DNA of 64,000 bases. Origin: an uncultured Rivularia sp. GTDB lineage: Bacteria > Cyanobacteriota > Cyanobacteriia > Cyanobacteriales > Nostocaceae. Under the pieces are notes generated by a model. The model ran no database searches. It was not told the origin of the DNA and saw only the letters and a program-made list of their open reading frames with translations. Shown here piece by piece: positions 1-10,089 of the stretch. The DNA lies in the NCBI GenBank assembly GCA_963665115.1, contig OY762007.1:3968001-4032000 (forward strand), in the 5' to 3' direction. Within the stretch, counting starts at the first letter, position 1. The number at the start of each line of letters is the position of its first letter. The position numbers and the translations under genes are program-made.

Positions 1-44
1 CTGTTTTAAGTTCTACAATATTTTCTTTACAGGCGTTAGTTTAG
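1..44 (+). CDS. Possible 3' end of an upstream CDS (partial)
   Basis: Frame 3 reads VLSSTIFSLQALV* with TAG at 42-44, just upstream of the CAAX protease gene. Too short to assign. Confidence 0.25.
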   Translation, partial: VLSSTIFSLQALV

Positions 45-90
45 ATGTTAATTGTTTAGTTGTGAAGCTGCGCTTAGACATAGTAAAGTC

Positions 91-123
91 AATCCAAAAT
101 CCAAAATCTAAAATCCAAAATTG
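91..123. repeat. Heptamer tandem repeat (AATCCAA/AATCTAA)n
   Basis: aatccaaaatccaaaatctaaaatccaaaat directly before the ATG at 125. Confidence 0.85.
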
Positions 124-124
124 A

Positions 125-712
125 ATGACGCAACAGCAAAAGCACGAGCCAGAAATTCCATACCTGACACGTACCCAAGTGCTGATGGCAATGGGAATGA
201 CAGCTATTATTTTATGGATAATTGCCAAACTTTGGTTACAAGTTGGTGACTTTTCTTTGATGTCTTGGCGTTGGCATCAACAAGAATTATTGATAGGAGT
301 TGCTTTAGGTTTAACTATTACCGGCTTGAGTAGTTTGGCTTATCACTTTTTGCCTTTGTACCGTAAAAGCGCCAACTATTATTTGCAAATTGTATTAAAA
401 CCTTTAGCATTACCCGATCTAATTTGGTTGGGGTTGTTACCTGGTTTGAGTGAAGAATTACTGTTTCGGGGAGTTATGCTTCCGGCTTTGGGTTTTAATC
501 ATTTAGCCGTCATCGTATCAAGTATTTGCTTTGGTGTTTTACATCTTAGCGGTTCTGGGCAATGGGCTTATGTGGTTTGGGCAACTATTATTGGAGTAAT
601 TTTAGGATATAGTGCTTTACTGAGCGGTAATTTATTAGTTCCGATAGTTGCTCATGTTGTGACTAATTTAGTTTCTAGCTTTTTTTGGAAAATACAGCAG
701 TCTAATAAATAA
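125..712 (+). CDS. CPBP/Abi (CAAX protease-like) intramembrane metalloprotease
   Basis: EELLFRG, FGVLH and HxxxN (AHVVTN) motifs; several TM segments. Confidence 0.93.
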   Translation: MTQQQKHEPEIPYLTRTQVLMAMGMTAIILWIIAKLWLQVGDFSLMSWRWHQQELLIGVALGLTITGLSSLAYHFLPLYRKSANYYLQIVLKPLALPDLIWLGLLPGLSEELLFRGVMLPALGFNHLAVIVSSICFGVLHLSGSGQWAYVVWATIIGVILGYSALLSGNLLVPIVAHVVTNLVSSFFWKIQQSNK

Positions 713-730
713 TTTTGCATTTTAGATTTT

Positions 731-844
731 GCGGAAAGTTAGGGGTGTAAATTTTTTCCCCGTTCACCGTAAGATGCGGCTTAGTTTGTTCGTACTGCGA
801 GAAACGTCTGCACGCAACTTCTCTTCCCCAAACTTTCCAAGACA
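731..844. mobile_element. Small dispersed hairpin element, copy 1, with internal cargo
   Basis: GCGGAAAGTTAGGGG...CCCCAAACTTTCCAAGACA inside a TTTTAGA heptamer tract; the same shell occurs at 20657-20750. Confidence 0.65.
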
Positions 845-1005
845 GATTTAGGATTGAACTGCTATTCCAACTTTGGTGACAATAAAAATCTGAAATATAT
901 TTATCAATAATCTCCTTGCCTTTTCTTTAAAGAAGAGTTTAATCAAAATATAAAATTAAATAAGTTAGACAAACTAAGAATAATCTGGAGATGCTAGATA
1001 TGAAC

Positions 1006-1033
1006 AAACCCGGTTTTTCAAAAAACCGGGTTT
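1006..1033. terminator. Palindromic hairpin between convergent genes (possible terminator or dispersed repeat)
   Basis: AAACCCGGTTTTT-CA-AAAAACCGGGTTT perfect stem downstream of bcsA and the CAAX protease. Confidence 0.6.
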
Positions 1034-1075
1034 CTAAGCATCTAAAATTTTTACAAATGATTTAGAATTAAATAT

Positions 1076-3715
1076 TTAAGCTGCTATATCGCTCCTAGCA
1101 AAATTATCGTCTGAATTCTCTCTTAATAGTTGCTTAATTTTGGGAGATTGTCTGTTACGGAATTTTTCAGGGAAACTAAGCTCTATAGCAACTTTTCCGC
1201 GTTCTTCTTCAACTAGATTGATTTCAGCAACAAATCTTGTGGGTGAAGTATTTTCGTCTTTTTGACTCAACAGTAAACCAACTAGCGGTTTCATTGCTTG
1301 CATTTTTTCTAAATCTTGCTTTCCAAGCAATCTACTATCACTTGATATTGCCTTTTTACTATCTAGTTCCAAACGTAAACCCGTTATTCCTAATTCGGTA
1401 GTAACTCCACTAAAGAAATGACCATCCCAATATATTTGAGCGCTGGTATTTACCTGCCTGCGTATTTTTTTGCTTTTAGTTGGCTTGAGTTCGCGTAGAG
1501 AACGGGTAATGCTGGTGGCTAAGAAACCCAGAGAAGCAATTGGTTTATCCGCGTCTTCTCGGTTTTGTGAATACCATTCTTTGACATCGGAATACATAAC
1601 CAGAGATAAATCATCCATCTGGGTACGATTGAGATTTATAAAATCTACTGCTAAATGAGTTTCTGTTTCATTGAGAGGAGTAGCTCGTACAACTTTTGCA
1701 TTGATCGCAACGCGAGCGTCAAAATCTCCCATCACCTCAATCTGTACTTCATCTGGTAAATTTGACCACGATTCTAAGGATATCAAAGCACCAGTTTCGG
1801 AAATGTTAACTGTTTCTCCCATGATGGTTTGATCGTCGCTGGAAATGACCGCAGGAAGTTGTCTTTGCAAACGGTGAGCGGTACGAATTTGTGGTTGTTC
1901 AAATCCTACAAGTAAAGCTGCTGATAACAAAATCAAGTTAAAGCCAGACCATAAGGTGTTAACTAATACTGCTTCTGTATCTTCTGGTCTTAGTAATAAC
2001 CAATAAGGAACTGCTAGCAAAGAACTGACTACTAGCAACGTTACTATTATTAAACCCCGCATCGATCTCCAGTCAAAGGTACGTTTAGCAATGTTTATCC
2101 CTTTATCGGTAACGTTAAAGGAACCCATTCTGGGGTTAATCAGCGCTAATAATGTTACCCAACCTGCCTGGAAAGACATTACGAATTCAAAAATTTCGTT
2201 CCAGAAGGAAAATCGGACGTGTTTGTAAATAATATGGTTGGTAGCGAGGGAAAGAAGAATATGAGGTAAAGCATATGCTAAAGTTTCTAAACCCAAACCT
2301 TGGATGGGGTTAATCCCGAATAATAAGAACAAGGTGGGAATGATTGCGTATATTAATCTGGGGAAACCATATAAAAAGTGGGAAGTCGCACTTAAGTAAC
2401 AAATTCGTTGAGCAAAATTTAGATTTAACTTGGTATTAAAGAGTGGGTTTTCCAGTCTGAGAATCTGTGCCATTCCCCTAGCCCAGCGTACTTGCTGACC
2501 GACATAAGCTGAAAAGGTATCTGGTGCTAACCCCGCGACCATGATTTTGTCGTAGTAAACGGATTTATAACCTTTTGAGTGTAAACGTAATGCTGTATGA
2601 CAATCTTCCGTTACCGTTTCAACCGCAATCCCTCCAACTTCTAAAGCATGGGTTTTACGAATAACTGCCGCTGAACCGCAGAAAAATGATGCGTTCCAAA
2701 AATCATTTCCTTTTTGCAGTACTTTGTAAAACAGTTCGTTACCTACAGGGATTTTTCCGTCGGTAAGTAAGTTGCGCTCGAAGGGATCGGGGTTATAAAA
2801 CCAGTGGGGTGTTTGTACAAAGGAGACTTTGGGGTCGTAAAAGAAACCGACTGTATGTAGAAGAAATTGCCGAGATGGAACGTGGTCGCAGTCTAAAATT
2901 AGGACTAAATCGCCGTCAGTTTTATGAAAAGCAGTGTTGATGTTACCAGCTTTCGCATGGTCGTTGGTATCTCGCCCCATATGGATGCAGCCGAGTTCTT
3001 CGCACATTTGCTGCAATTCTTCTCGTCTGATGCGGAAAATTTCTCTTTTTGGATCGTCTTCTTTGTACTTTTCAGGACGACCATCATCGAGAACGTAAAC
3101 CTTCTTTTTACCAGGAGCATAATCGCAAGTTAAAGCTGCTAATGCTGTTTTACGAACAATCTCAACATCTTCGTTGTAGGTAGGAATATAAATATCAACA
3201 TTAAACCATTCATCTTGAGGAATGGTAGAAATATCAATGGGTTGACGTTCTTTAATTTTTAAAGTTTGAAAGTACGCTAATACTAAGCTGAAAATTGCAT
3301 ATAATTCGGCCCCTAGCAGTGTCAAACAAGCAATACTATTTATCCATCCATCAAAGTTGAGCGTGTAGCTAAGACGGTAATATAAATACCGCATTGTTGT
3401 TACCAGACTCAGCCACACCATAAACAGGTGATAATATTGCCCAACTTCTGTAGAAGATTCCTGTTCTTCTGCCCCTAAGACTAGCTGACCTAGTAATACC
3501 AGAAAAACAGCGATGGCTCCTTGCTGCCAAACTTCTAATGGTGTAACAATCAATGGTATTGATAATACTAATAGCAGTAAAATTAACCATTTAAAATGTT
3601 TTATTCCTACTTTTTCTAACGTTTTATCAAAAAAGCTGGGTGTTAGGTCAATCAACCATCTGCTTAAGTTAAAGCGCTGACCTTTTCTTCGCGACTTTTT
3701 TACTGAGGAGGGCAT
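1076..3715 (-). CDS. bcsA: Cellulose synthase catalytic subunit (GT2) with C-terminal PilZ region
   Basis: PTYNE, DDG, HAKAG, DCDH, QTPH, FFCGS, TED, QQVRW and FNVTDK gating loop; PilZ motifs RTAHR and NISETG. Confidence 0.95.
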   Translation of the reverse strand: MPSSVKKSRRKGQRFNLSRWLIDLTPSFFDKTLEKVGIKHFKWLILLLLVLSIPLIVTPLEVWQQGAIAVFLVLLGQLVLGAEEQESSTEVGQYYHLFMVWLSLVTTMRYLYYRLSYTLNFDGWINSIACLTLLGAELYAIFSLVLAYFQTLKIKERQPIDISTIPQDEWFNVDIYIPTYNEDVEIVRKTALAALTCDYAPGKKKVYVLDDGRPEKYKEDDPKREIFRIRREELQQMCEELGCIHMGRDTNDHAKAGNINTAFHKTDGDLVLILDCDHVPSRQFLLHTVGFFYDPKVSFVQTPHWFYNPDPFERNLLTDGKIPVGNELFYKVLQKGNDFWNASFFCGSAAVIRKTHALEVGGIAVETVTEDCHTALRLHSKGYKSVYYDKIMVAGLAPDTFSAYVGQQVRWARGMAQILRLENPLFNTKLNLNFAQRICYLSATSHFLYGFPRLIYAIIPTLFLLFGINPIQGLGLETLAYALPHILLSLATNHIIYKHVRFSFWNEIFEFVMSFQAGWVTLLALINPRMGSFNVTDKGINIAKRTFDWRSMRGLIIVTLLVVSSLLAVPYWLLLRPEDTEAVLVNTLWSGFNLILLSAALLVGFEQPQIRTAHRLQRQLPAVISSDDQTIMGETVNISETGALISLESWSNLPDEVQIEVMGDFDARVAINAKVVRATPLNETETHLAVDFINLNRTQMDDLSLVMYSDVKEWYSQNREDADKPIASLGFLATSITRSLRELKPTKSKKIRRQVNTSAQIYWDGHFFSGVTTELGITGLRLELDSKKAISSDSRLLGKQDLEKMQAMKPLVGLLLSQKDENTSPTRFVAEINLVEEERGKVAIELSFPEKFRNRQSPKIKQLLRENSDDNFARSDIAA

Positions 3716-3844
3716 GGCAGTTTTTAAATTTTTTTTATTAAAGGTGATGGGATTTTGGAAAAGTAGTGAGTAGGGAGTAGGGAGTAGGGAGTAGGGAGTT
3801 AATTATTCTTCTCCTAATTACCCATTTCCCATTCCCTATCATTC

Positions 3845-6148
3845 TTATCTTCTGTTAGCAGTAGAAATCCGCTTCAAATAAAGCTGAACAATTCCGTAGA
3901 GAATCAAAGATAAACCAACAATTCCCGCAGGTACTAACAGCCAGTTTTCCTGTAGCATCCGCGTCATTTTGCTCAGAGGATTGGTATCTTCGATGCGACG
4001 AGTTGAAGGAGCATTGTCAAAAAATGCTAGTTGATAGCCGTCTTGGTCGTAAGCTGCGGGATTTTTCTTGTCACTGCTAATTAATACCGTATCCTTCTTA
4101 AGTTGGAAGAACCAGGGGTCTTTACTTAATACCTGCTGTACTCTTTCTAACCCAGTATCCGTCTGAGCAGTTAAAGCTAAGACAACGCGATCGCCATTCC
4201 AAGGAGAAAGTATTTGTTTAATCATTCCTTGTTTGTCTTGGGGTACTGTAACGCTTGCTTGTGCCGAACCGCGCCCGAATGATTCACCTAAGTTAAAACC
4301 TGGAGATTTGAATACGTCTGGTAGTGGAAAATTATCTCGCGTCCCAATTCCTACTAAGTGTTCCTTTTTACGTACTTCTGGGGGTAATGTGCTTGAAGTA
4401 TAGACATCTAGTTTGACTGCATCTGCACGGCTTAATCTTCCCAAACGTTCGCTAAAAGCCAGCATTGTTAATACGTCTGTACTGCTAGGCTCTTGTGGAA
4501 GTACAATTGCTGTTTCAGATAAATCTTGAGGTGCAGCAAAGGGGAATCCATACTGCATTAATTGAAGATTAGGTAGCTGTACGGAGTTTTCCCGTTTCAA
4601 ATCAAAATTGGTATCAGAATGAACGGTACCTGTAAGCTGTTGGTCTGGGGGACTGATACAGTTTGTTTTATCAAAGGGTTCTTTGGGATTCATCCGGAAG
4701 AATACCTGAAGCTTAGAATCAGGCTTAACCAGTTTGGCCGGTAAATCTACTTTGAGATTTTTCCGCATTTCTCCTTCGTCTGAATCTAGACGCGCTCCAC
4801 CAATAAATACTCCATCTAGCAAGACTTCTACAGCAGAGGTTCTGGGGTTCATCTGCGGCCCGTAGCTGTAAACCAGGTTCATCGAGCTACCGCGTACAAA
4901 TCTGTCATCTGGTAATGCACGGAAGTCTATTTCGATTGGCGGGGCAGCAGAACCACGGACGCTAACATCTCTAAAGGCATCACCGTTAACTTGAGTTTTA
5001 ATCTCGCTTAACTGAAAGTTACTAGATTCAGGTAAATAACGCGGCCATTCCCTCTTCGGTGGTGTGGTAGCTTCTTCTAATTTATTGACTAAAACAACTT
5101 GACCAGTGCCTATCTTCTGGGAAGAAGGCTGTGATAATAACCTGGCAGCTTTCGCTACTCCTGTTGCACCATTTCCAGTGGCAACTAAGACGGGGACTTT
5201 ACCTTTTTTAGTAGTGGTTAGGATTAAGACTCCCGTATCCTCTGGTATTGCCTGCTGATTGGCATCTAAAATTTGAGAATTTACAATTTTGCGAGGTAAA
5301 TCCAAATCGGCTAGGGCTGGTTGTTCGGCAGGAGTACCGATAATGACTAATCTTTGATTGGCAGACAGATCTGAGATATCGGAGATTAAATCTGTCTCTA
5401 TCGGACGAAAGTCTGCTTGTCTACCTAATGAAGCCTGTAAGCGGGCTGCTCCTTCGAGCCAAGATTGACTGGTGTTTTGAGGCTTTAAGTAAACGATGCG
5501 GTTGGTGTCTAAATTGAGGTTATCAAAGAAAGGATAAGGATAATTACTGAAGTTGAGCGGAATTTCTTTGCTGCTGTAGTTAAATATTAATTTTGAGTCT
5601 GGTAGAATCTCTGTCCATAAAGTTGGATCGCCCGGATCGCTACATCCCTCTGAATTATTCTGCTGCGCTACAATCTTAAGTTCGTTATATTCTTGTAGCA
5701 GCTTTGGAGGAATGTTTAAAAGTACTCGACCGACTTGGGATTGTTTGCGATTTAGAGGAATGCTACCTACAGCCCTATCGTTGACTAATACTGTTAAGTT
5801 AGAGCGATTCGCGTACAGTGCTGGCGAATGTTGAAAGTGAATCTCGGCTTTTACGGTACCTACATCCCAGCCACGAGGACGAGTAAAAGCCAAACGTCCT
5901 TCAGAATAGACTCCTCGCAAACGCATCCGATTACCAACTATCGGACTGCGATTAAATTCTAAAATGTATTTTTCGTCGTATTTTATTGAGGTAGATTTTG
6001 AATTCTTAGCTGCTCGTGCTAATAAAATTCCTTCAGAGCTTGGTAATTGATTTTGACTAACTGCTTGTGCAGCGGGTAAAGCTGATAACAAACAAAAAGA
6101 TATCAGAAATGCTTTATTAAGCGTCTTAAACTTAAATAGATGCTTCAT
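3845..6148 (-). CDS. bcsB: Cellulose synthase periplasmic subunit BcsB
   Basis: Signal peptide (AAQA), two repeated CBD/flavodoxin-like halves (YPYPFFD, LPNLQLMQYGFPF), single C-terminal TM helix, directly upstream of bcsA. Confidence 0.9.
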   Translation of the reverse strand: MKHLFKFKTLNKAFLISFCLLSALPAAQAVSQNQLPSSEGILLARAAKNSKSTSIKYDEKYILEFNRSPIVGNRMRLRGVYSEGRLAFTRPRGWDVGTVKAEIHFQHSPALYANRSNLTVLVNDRAVGSIPLNRKQSQVGRVLLNIPPKLLQEYNELKIVAQQNNSEGCSDPGDPTLWTEILPDSKLIFNYSSKEIPLNFSNYPYPFFDNLNLDTNRIVYLKPQNTSQSWLEGAARLQASLGRQADFRPIETDLISDISDLSANQRLVIIGTPAEQPALADLDLPRKIVNSQILDANQQAIPEDTGVLILTTTKKGKVPVLVATGNGATGVAKAARLLSQPSSQKIGTGQVVLVNKLEEATTPPKREWPRYLPESSNFQLSEIKTQVNGDAFRDVSVRGSAAPPIEIDFRALPDDRFVRGSSMNLVYSYGPQMNPRTSAVEVLLDGVFIGGARLDSDEGEMRKNLKVDLPAKLVKPDSKLQVFFRMNPKEPFDKTNCISPPDQQLTGTVHSDTNFDLKRENSVQLPNLQLMQYGFPFAAPQDLSETAIVLPQEPSSTDVLTMLAFSERLGRLSRADAVKLDVYTSSTLPPEVRKKEHLVGIGTRDNFPLPDVFKSPGFNLGESFGRGSAQASVTVPQDKQGMIKQILSPWNGDRVVLALTAQTDTGLERVQQVLSKDPWFFQLKKDTVLISSDKKNPAAYDQDGYQLAFFDNAPSTRRIEDTNPLSKMTRMLQENWLLVPAGIVGLSLILYGIVQLYLKRISTANRR

Positions 6149-6304
6149 AACACAGTTTTTTAAATTATTAGGTAAATTGAGTATGTTTTTGGTTTAAAAA
6201 TGTTTATTTGATTGCGGTAAATACTTGAACTAAGTATTATCTTGATTACTTAAGTATTGCTGTCAACATTTTATTCGCTTTCCAGAGAAAAGCGCCATAA
6301 CTTC

Positions 6305-7567
6305 TTAATTACTTTGCAAAAGTTCTGGAGGAATTGCTGATGGAGATAGCAACCCTAACCACGCTAGATTCTGAGTGTAATAAGCTTCGTTATCATCCCA
6401 AACTTCCTGCTGGTATTGAGGTAGCAGTTTTTTCTCTAGTAATTCCTGAGCCAATTCTGGCTGTATCAGCTTAGTTGCTGCATAGAGCATGGCATATTGA
6501 GATGTGGCTTCGTAATTTACCAAAGCTTTACCTTCAAGGTTTATCCTCGCTGGTATACTCGATTGTTCTCGCCACAATTTGAGCGGATGCTGAATGGATG
6601 TTTCCAGATAGCTTCGCGCCCGAGATGAATTAAACCAGCTTGCATCTAATGCTATTCGCCACCAAACTCGATATGCATCAAAGCTGTATACGCTTTTGAT
6701 CGGACTATCAGCAGGTAAAGGTTGGTATTTTCCCGTTTCTGCATCCAGAGCAACCCAGTCACTAGGTAAATTTACAGCACTCAGTTGTGTGGAATCTTCC
6801 AAGACTTCATAGCTGGTATCTACCAAACTCAACCAATCTCGTTCGGGGTCAACTTGAGCAAATAAGCGAAAAGCGTAGGGAGCGAAGTAGGAAGGGTTGA
6901 GAATAATCGATGAATCTTTTACGAATGCAGCCGTAGGACCCGGTAGCAAATAGCGTTTGTTTTCAGATCCAACTACAGTTGAATACTTCCACAAATCTTG
7001 CAGTTTAGTTTTTGCGATTTTGAGGTATTCCGGACGATTCCAGCGCCTTGATGCCAATATCAAAGCAGTAATAGCATCTATATCCCCATCGCTAGCAAAG
7101 TTTTTGTCTATAGCACCCCAACTACCATCAGATGTACGTCCCCACTTCCAAGCCCATAAATTATCTATGGGTTTGCCATTTTCTAATCTTCGTAAGTTAT
7201 TTTCTCCCCAATTTAAAGTTAGAGCAAAGGTTGCAGAGTCATCGATCAGCACTGCTCGTAACATTGCATAGGCTTGACCTTCACTGGTCGAACGGTCGCT
7301 AGCTTCATAATCAATGACTCTTCCATCTCTCTGGATAAACCGACGACGATAACTATCCCAGCTTTCCATCAATAACTCTCTATTGGGAGTTGATGCAGGA
7401 AGAGTTGATGAAAATTGAACGTTATTATCATCAATAGCTGATGACTTGGGTGGTGATTCCAAAGATTGATTTGTGGGTTGTTCGATATTAGTTGCCGAAT
7501 AACCCCCTTTACAGCCGCATAAAGTAATTAAGCTCAATATAGCCACTACTTTTGGAAGATAGTTCAT
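6305..7567 (-). CDS. bcsZ: GH8 endoglucanase, BcsZ-like, probable lipoprotein
   Basis: GH8 motifs TSEGQAYAM, ASDGD, NPSY, DAYR, YY; lipobox-like LCGC; inside the bcs cluster. Confidence 0.9.
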   Translation of the reverse strand: MNYLPKVVAILSLITLCGCKGGYSATNIEQPTNQSLESPPKSSAIDDNNVQFSSTLPASTPNRELLMESWDSYRRRFIQRDGRVIDYEASDRSTSEGQAYAMLRAVLIDDSATFALTLNWGENNLRRLENGKPIDNLWAWKWGRTSDGSWGAIDKNFASDGDIDAITALILASRRWNRPEYLKIAKTKLQDLWKYSTVVGSENKRYLLPGPTAAFVKDSSIILNPSYFAPYAFRLFAQVDPERDWLSLVDTSYEVLEDSTQLSAVNLPSDWVALDAETGKYQPLPADSPIKSVYSFDAYRVWWRIALDASWFNSSRARSYLETSIQHPLKLWREQSSIPARINLEGKALVNYEATSQYAMLYAATKLIQPELAQELLEKKLLPQYQQEVWDDNEAYYTQNLAWLGLLSPSAIPPELLQSN

Positions 7568-7710
7568 CTTAAGAACCGCCTGTATTAATTGTTCCTAGTT
7601 ATTTAAAATTTCTCAAAATGATATTTGAGAAACTTCTTGTATTACTATTCCCTTTAAGGGTGGGTGTAATTACTAAGAAATTTTTTCTTCATCAAAAATT
7701 TGTTTCTAGA

Positions 7711-10089
7711 TTAATTTTTGCCCCGACGTTCGTAACTTTCCCAAGGTGGTTGAAAACCACGTCGTTGTAGAAAGTCTTCTTGTATCTGCTGCATCTGGTT
7801 TGCAATCTCGGGGTCTTTTTCACCACTGGCAATTTGCTCAATTTGCAGTTGTTCTAAGGCTTTCATTGCTGCTAAAGGTCGGTCAAAAATAGTATTCAAC
7901 CCAGCCAGAGCGCGACGTGCTTCTGTATCTTGCGGGTTTTGTTCCAGCACTGCGGAATAAATTTGCTCTGCGGATTCAAATCGTCTTTGTTCAAAACGAA
8001 TTCCTCCTAAAGCAGCCAAAGCGTCTACATCATCTGGTTCTTCTTTGAGAATATTTTCATAAGCTTCACCAGCCATTTTTAAATCGCCAATAGCTTTAGC
8101 TAATAATGCTACTCTCTGTTGTGAACTAGCATTATTTGGAGCATTGGCAATCAACTGCTTCATTCGCAAACGTGCTTCTGCTGGATTCCTTTGCGCTATA
8201 GTTTCCAGCAAACGCTGCTGCAATCTAATGCTACTAGGGTCTACTTCAACTAAGTAATTATACAGAGCTTCGCGATTGGGGTCGGTAGGTAATTGTGTTA
8301 CCAGGCTATATAGTTCTGGTGGAGTATTGGTTGCTTTTTGAGTTGCTAACCAATTATCTAGAACGGATTCTGCTTCCGGTTTGGAAATACGTTTGGCTTG
8401 ATACGCAACGCTGGTACGTCCCAATTGAGCGGTAATATCTTGAGGATTGCGTTTTATAACTTGCTCGTATACTACTAAAGCTTCGTCAAAACGTTTTTGC
8501 TGTACTCTAACACCTACCAATCCGCGTAAAGCACCATCAAAGATTTCGCTCTGAGGATTTTCGTTTAGTACGGCAAAATAGCGTTGAGCGCTGGCTTCTA
8601 AGTTACCTTCCCTTCTTTCTATTTCTGCTGCAAGCAACTGTGTAGCCATGTCATTAGCACCTTGAGATGTTGCTGTATAAGCTGCTAAAGCCTGTCTTGC
8701 TTGAATTGTATTTTCGAGTTGCAAATACATTTGAGCTACGCGAAAATTCAAAAACGGTACATTAACCCCTGTTTGCAAAATATTCTGATACGCAGGTAGA
8801 AGATCGGGCGAAGGAGCATCTATATCGGCTAATGCTAAAGCTAACTCTTGCAACTGTACAGATTCTGTAGGTAAGTTTTGCAATGTTGCTGCCAAACGCT
8901 GCTTCAGATTGCTCTTGGAAACCATTCCCAATTTATATTCCAAACCTAGCTGACGCACTACCAAACTTTTATCGTTGGGTAAGGTAGAAGCTAAACGTCT
9001 ATAAATTTGTAATGCTGTTTCCTCTCCTTGGGGCAAACCAGTAAATACATTGGCGATTTCCCGCAGCAAACTGGTTGAAGGATTGGGTTTGTTAGCAAGA
9101 GCTTGGCGGTAGAGATTGGCGACTCGTTGCGTCAAGGAAGGGTTGTCCGTATTTTTACGAATTTCATTCAACGCTCTAGCTAAAGGTAAAATCGCTTCTT
9201 CTACACCTTCTAAGGGGTCTAATACCGCTAAAGCTTCGGCTTCTTGCTTATTTGCAATATATGCTTGAGACAGTTGTGCGCGAGCAAGTATGGCTAATTG
9301 ATCTAAAGTTTCAGAACGCTGTAGCTGGTTTTGTAATATTACGATAGCTTCTTGAGGATTGCCAGTTTTACGTAAAGTAAGAGCGTAAGCAACCGCAGCA
9401 TAATCCGTTATTTGTTTTCCACTGGCTTTATAGCGGTTGAACAATTCCTTTGCTTTTGGATAATCGCCACTGTAACTATAAGTTTGAGCGGCTCCGATAA
9501 TTGCTTCTGGGGTGGGATTGTTTGCCAACACTATTTCAAAGTCGGCAACAGATTCGCTAAATCGTCCTTGATAGGAAAAAAGTAAAGCACGGTAATAGCG
9601 ACTTTGCACATCATCAGGATTTAATTCCAGCAAAGTATTGAGAGCCTTGATACCGGGTTTGTTCCATTCGGGACGATAAGTTCCCATCATGCCCACAATT
9701 TTCAAGGCTGCCTGATTGCTGGGATCTAGCGCTAATACTTCTTGATAAGCTTGGAACGCATCTTCAATTTGCCCTGCACGGTTGTAAGCAATAGCTAAAC
9801 CTAGCTTGGCTTGTAAAGATTGCGGGTTGCTTCTCAAAGCTTGTTGAAAGGCTTTAATCGCATCATCTACCCATCCTTTTTTTAGCAAGTTGTAACCCTT
9901 CTGAGTGGCTCCAGATGATTGAGCCTGCACGGGTTCTATATTGTTTAAAGTTGCCAATACAATTGGGCAAGTAAAAACAAATAAGTGAAAAGGTAGCAAA
10001 GTAATTCCTACAATAGTTTTACTTTGCGTTCGTTTTCGTTGCCATAAATTAGCTTTGTAGAACAGGCTCAAGTTGAATTTGTGATTCAT
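7711..10089 (-). CDS. Periplasmic TPR protein (BcsC N-terminal-like scaffold, no beta-barrel)
   Basis: Many TPR repeats after a hydrophobic leader ending VQAQ; all-helical to the C-terminus; start overlaps the porin stop (ATGA). Confidence 0.85.
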   Translation of the reverse strand: MNHKFNLSLFYKANLWQRKRTQSKTIVGITLLPFHLFVFTCPIVLATLNNIEPVQAQSSGATQKGYNLLKKGWVDDAIKAFQQALRSNPQSLQAKLGLAIAYNRAGQIEDAFQAYQEVLALDPSNQAALKIVGMMGTYRPEWNKPGIKALNTLLELNPDDVQSRYYRALLFSYQGRFSESVADFEIVLANNPTPEAIIGAAQTYSYSGDYPKAKELFNRYKASGKQITDYAAVAYALTLRKTGNPQEAIVILQNQLQRSETLDQLAILARAQLSQAYIANKQEAEALAVLDPLEGVEEAILPLARALNEIRKNTDNPSLTQRVANLYRQALANKPNPSTSLLREIANVFTGLPQGEETALQIYRRLASTLPNDKSLVVRQLGLEYKLGMVSKSNLKQRLAATLQNLPTESVQLQELALALADIDAPSPDLLPAYQNILQTGVNVPFLNFRVAQMYLQLENTIQARQALAAYTATSQGANDMATQLLAAEIERREGNLEASAQRYFAVLNENPQSEIFDGALRGLVGVRVQQKRFDEALVVYEQVIKRNPQDITAQLGRTSVAYQAKRISKPEAESVLDNWLATQKATNTPPELYSLVTQLPTDPNREALYNYLVEVDPSSIRLQQRLLETIAQRNPAEARLRMKQLIANAPNNASSQQRVALLAKAIGDLKMAGEAYENILKEEPDDVDALAALGGIRFEQRRFESAEQIYSAVLEQNPQDTEARRALAGLNTIFDRPLAAMKALEQLQIEQIASGEKDPEIANQMQQIQEDFLQRRGFQPPWESYERRGKN

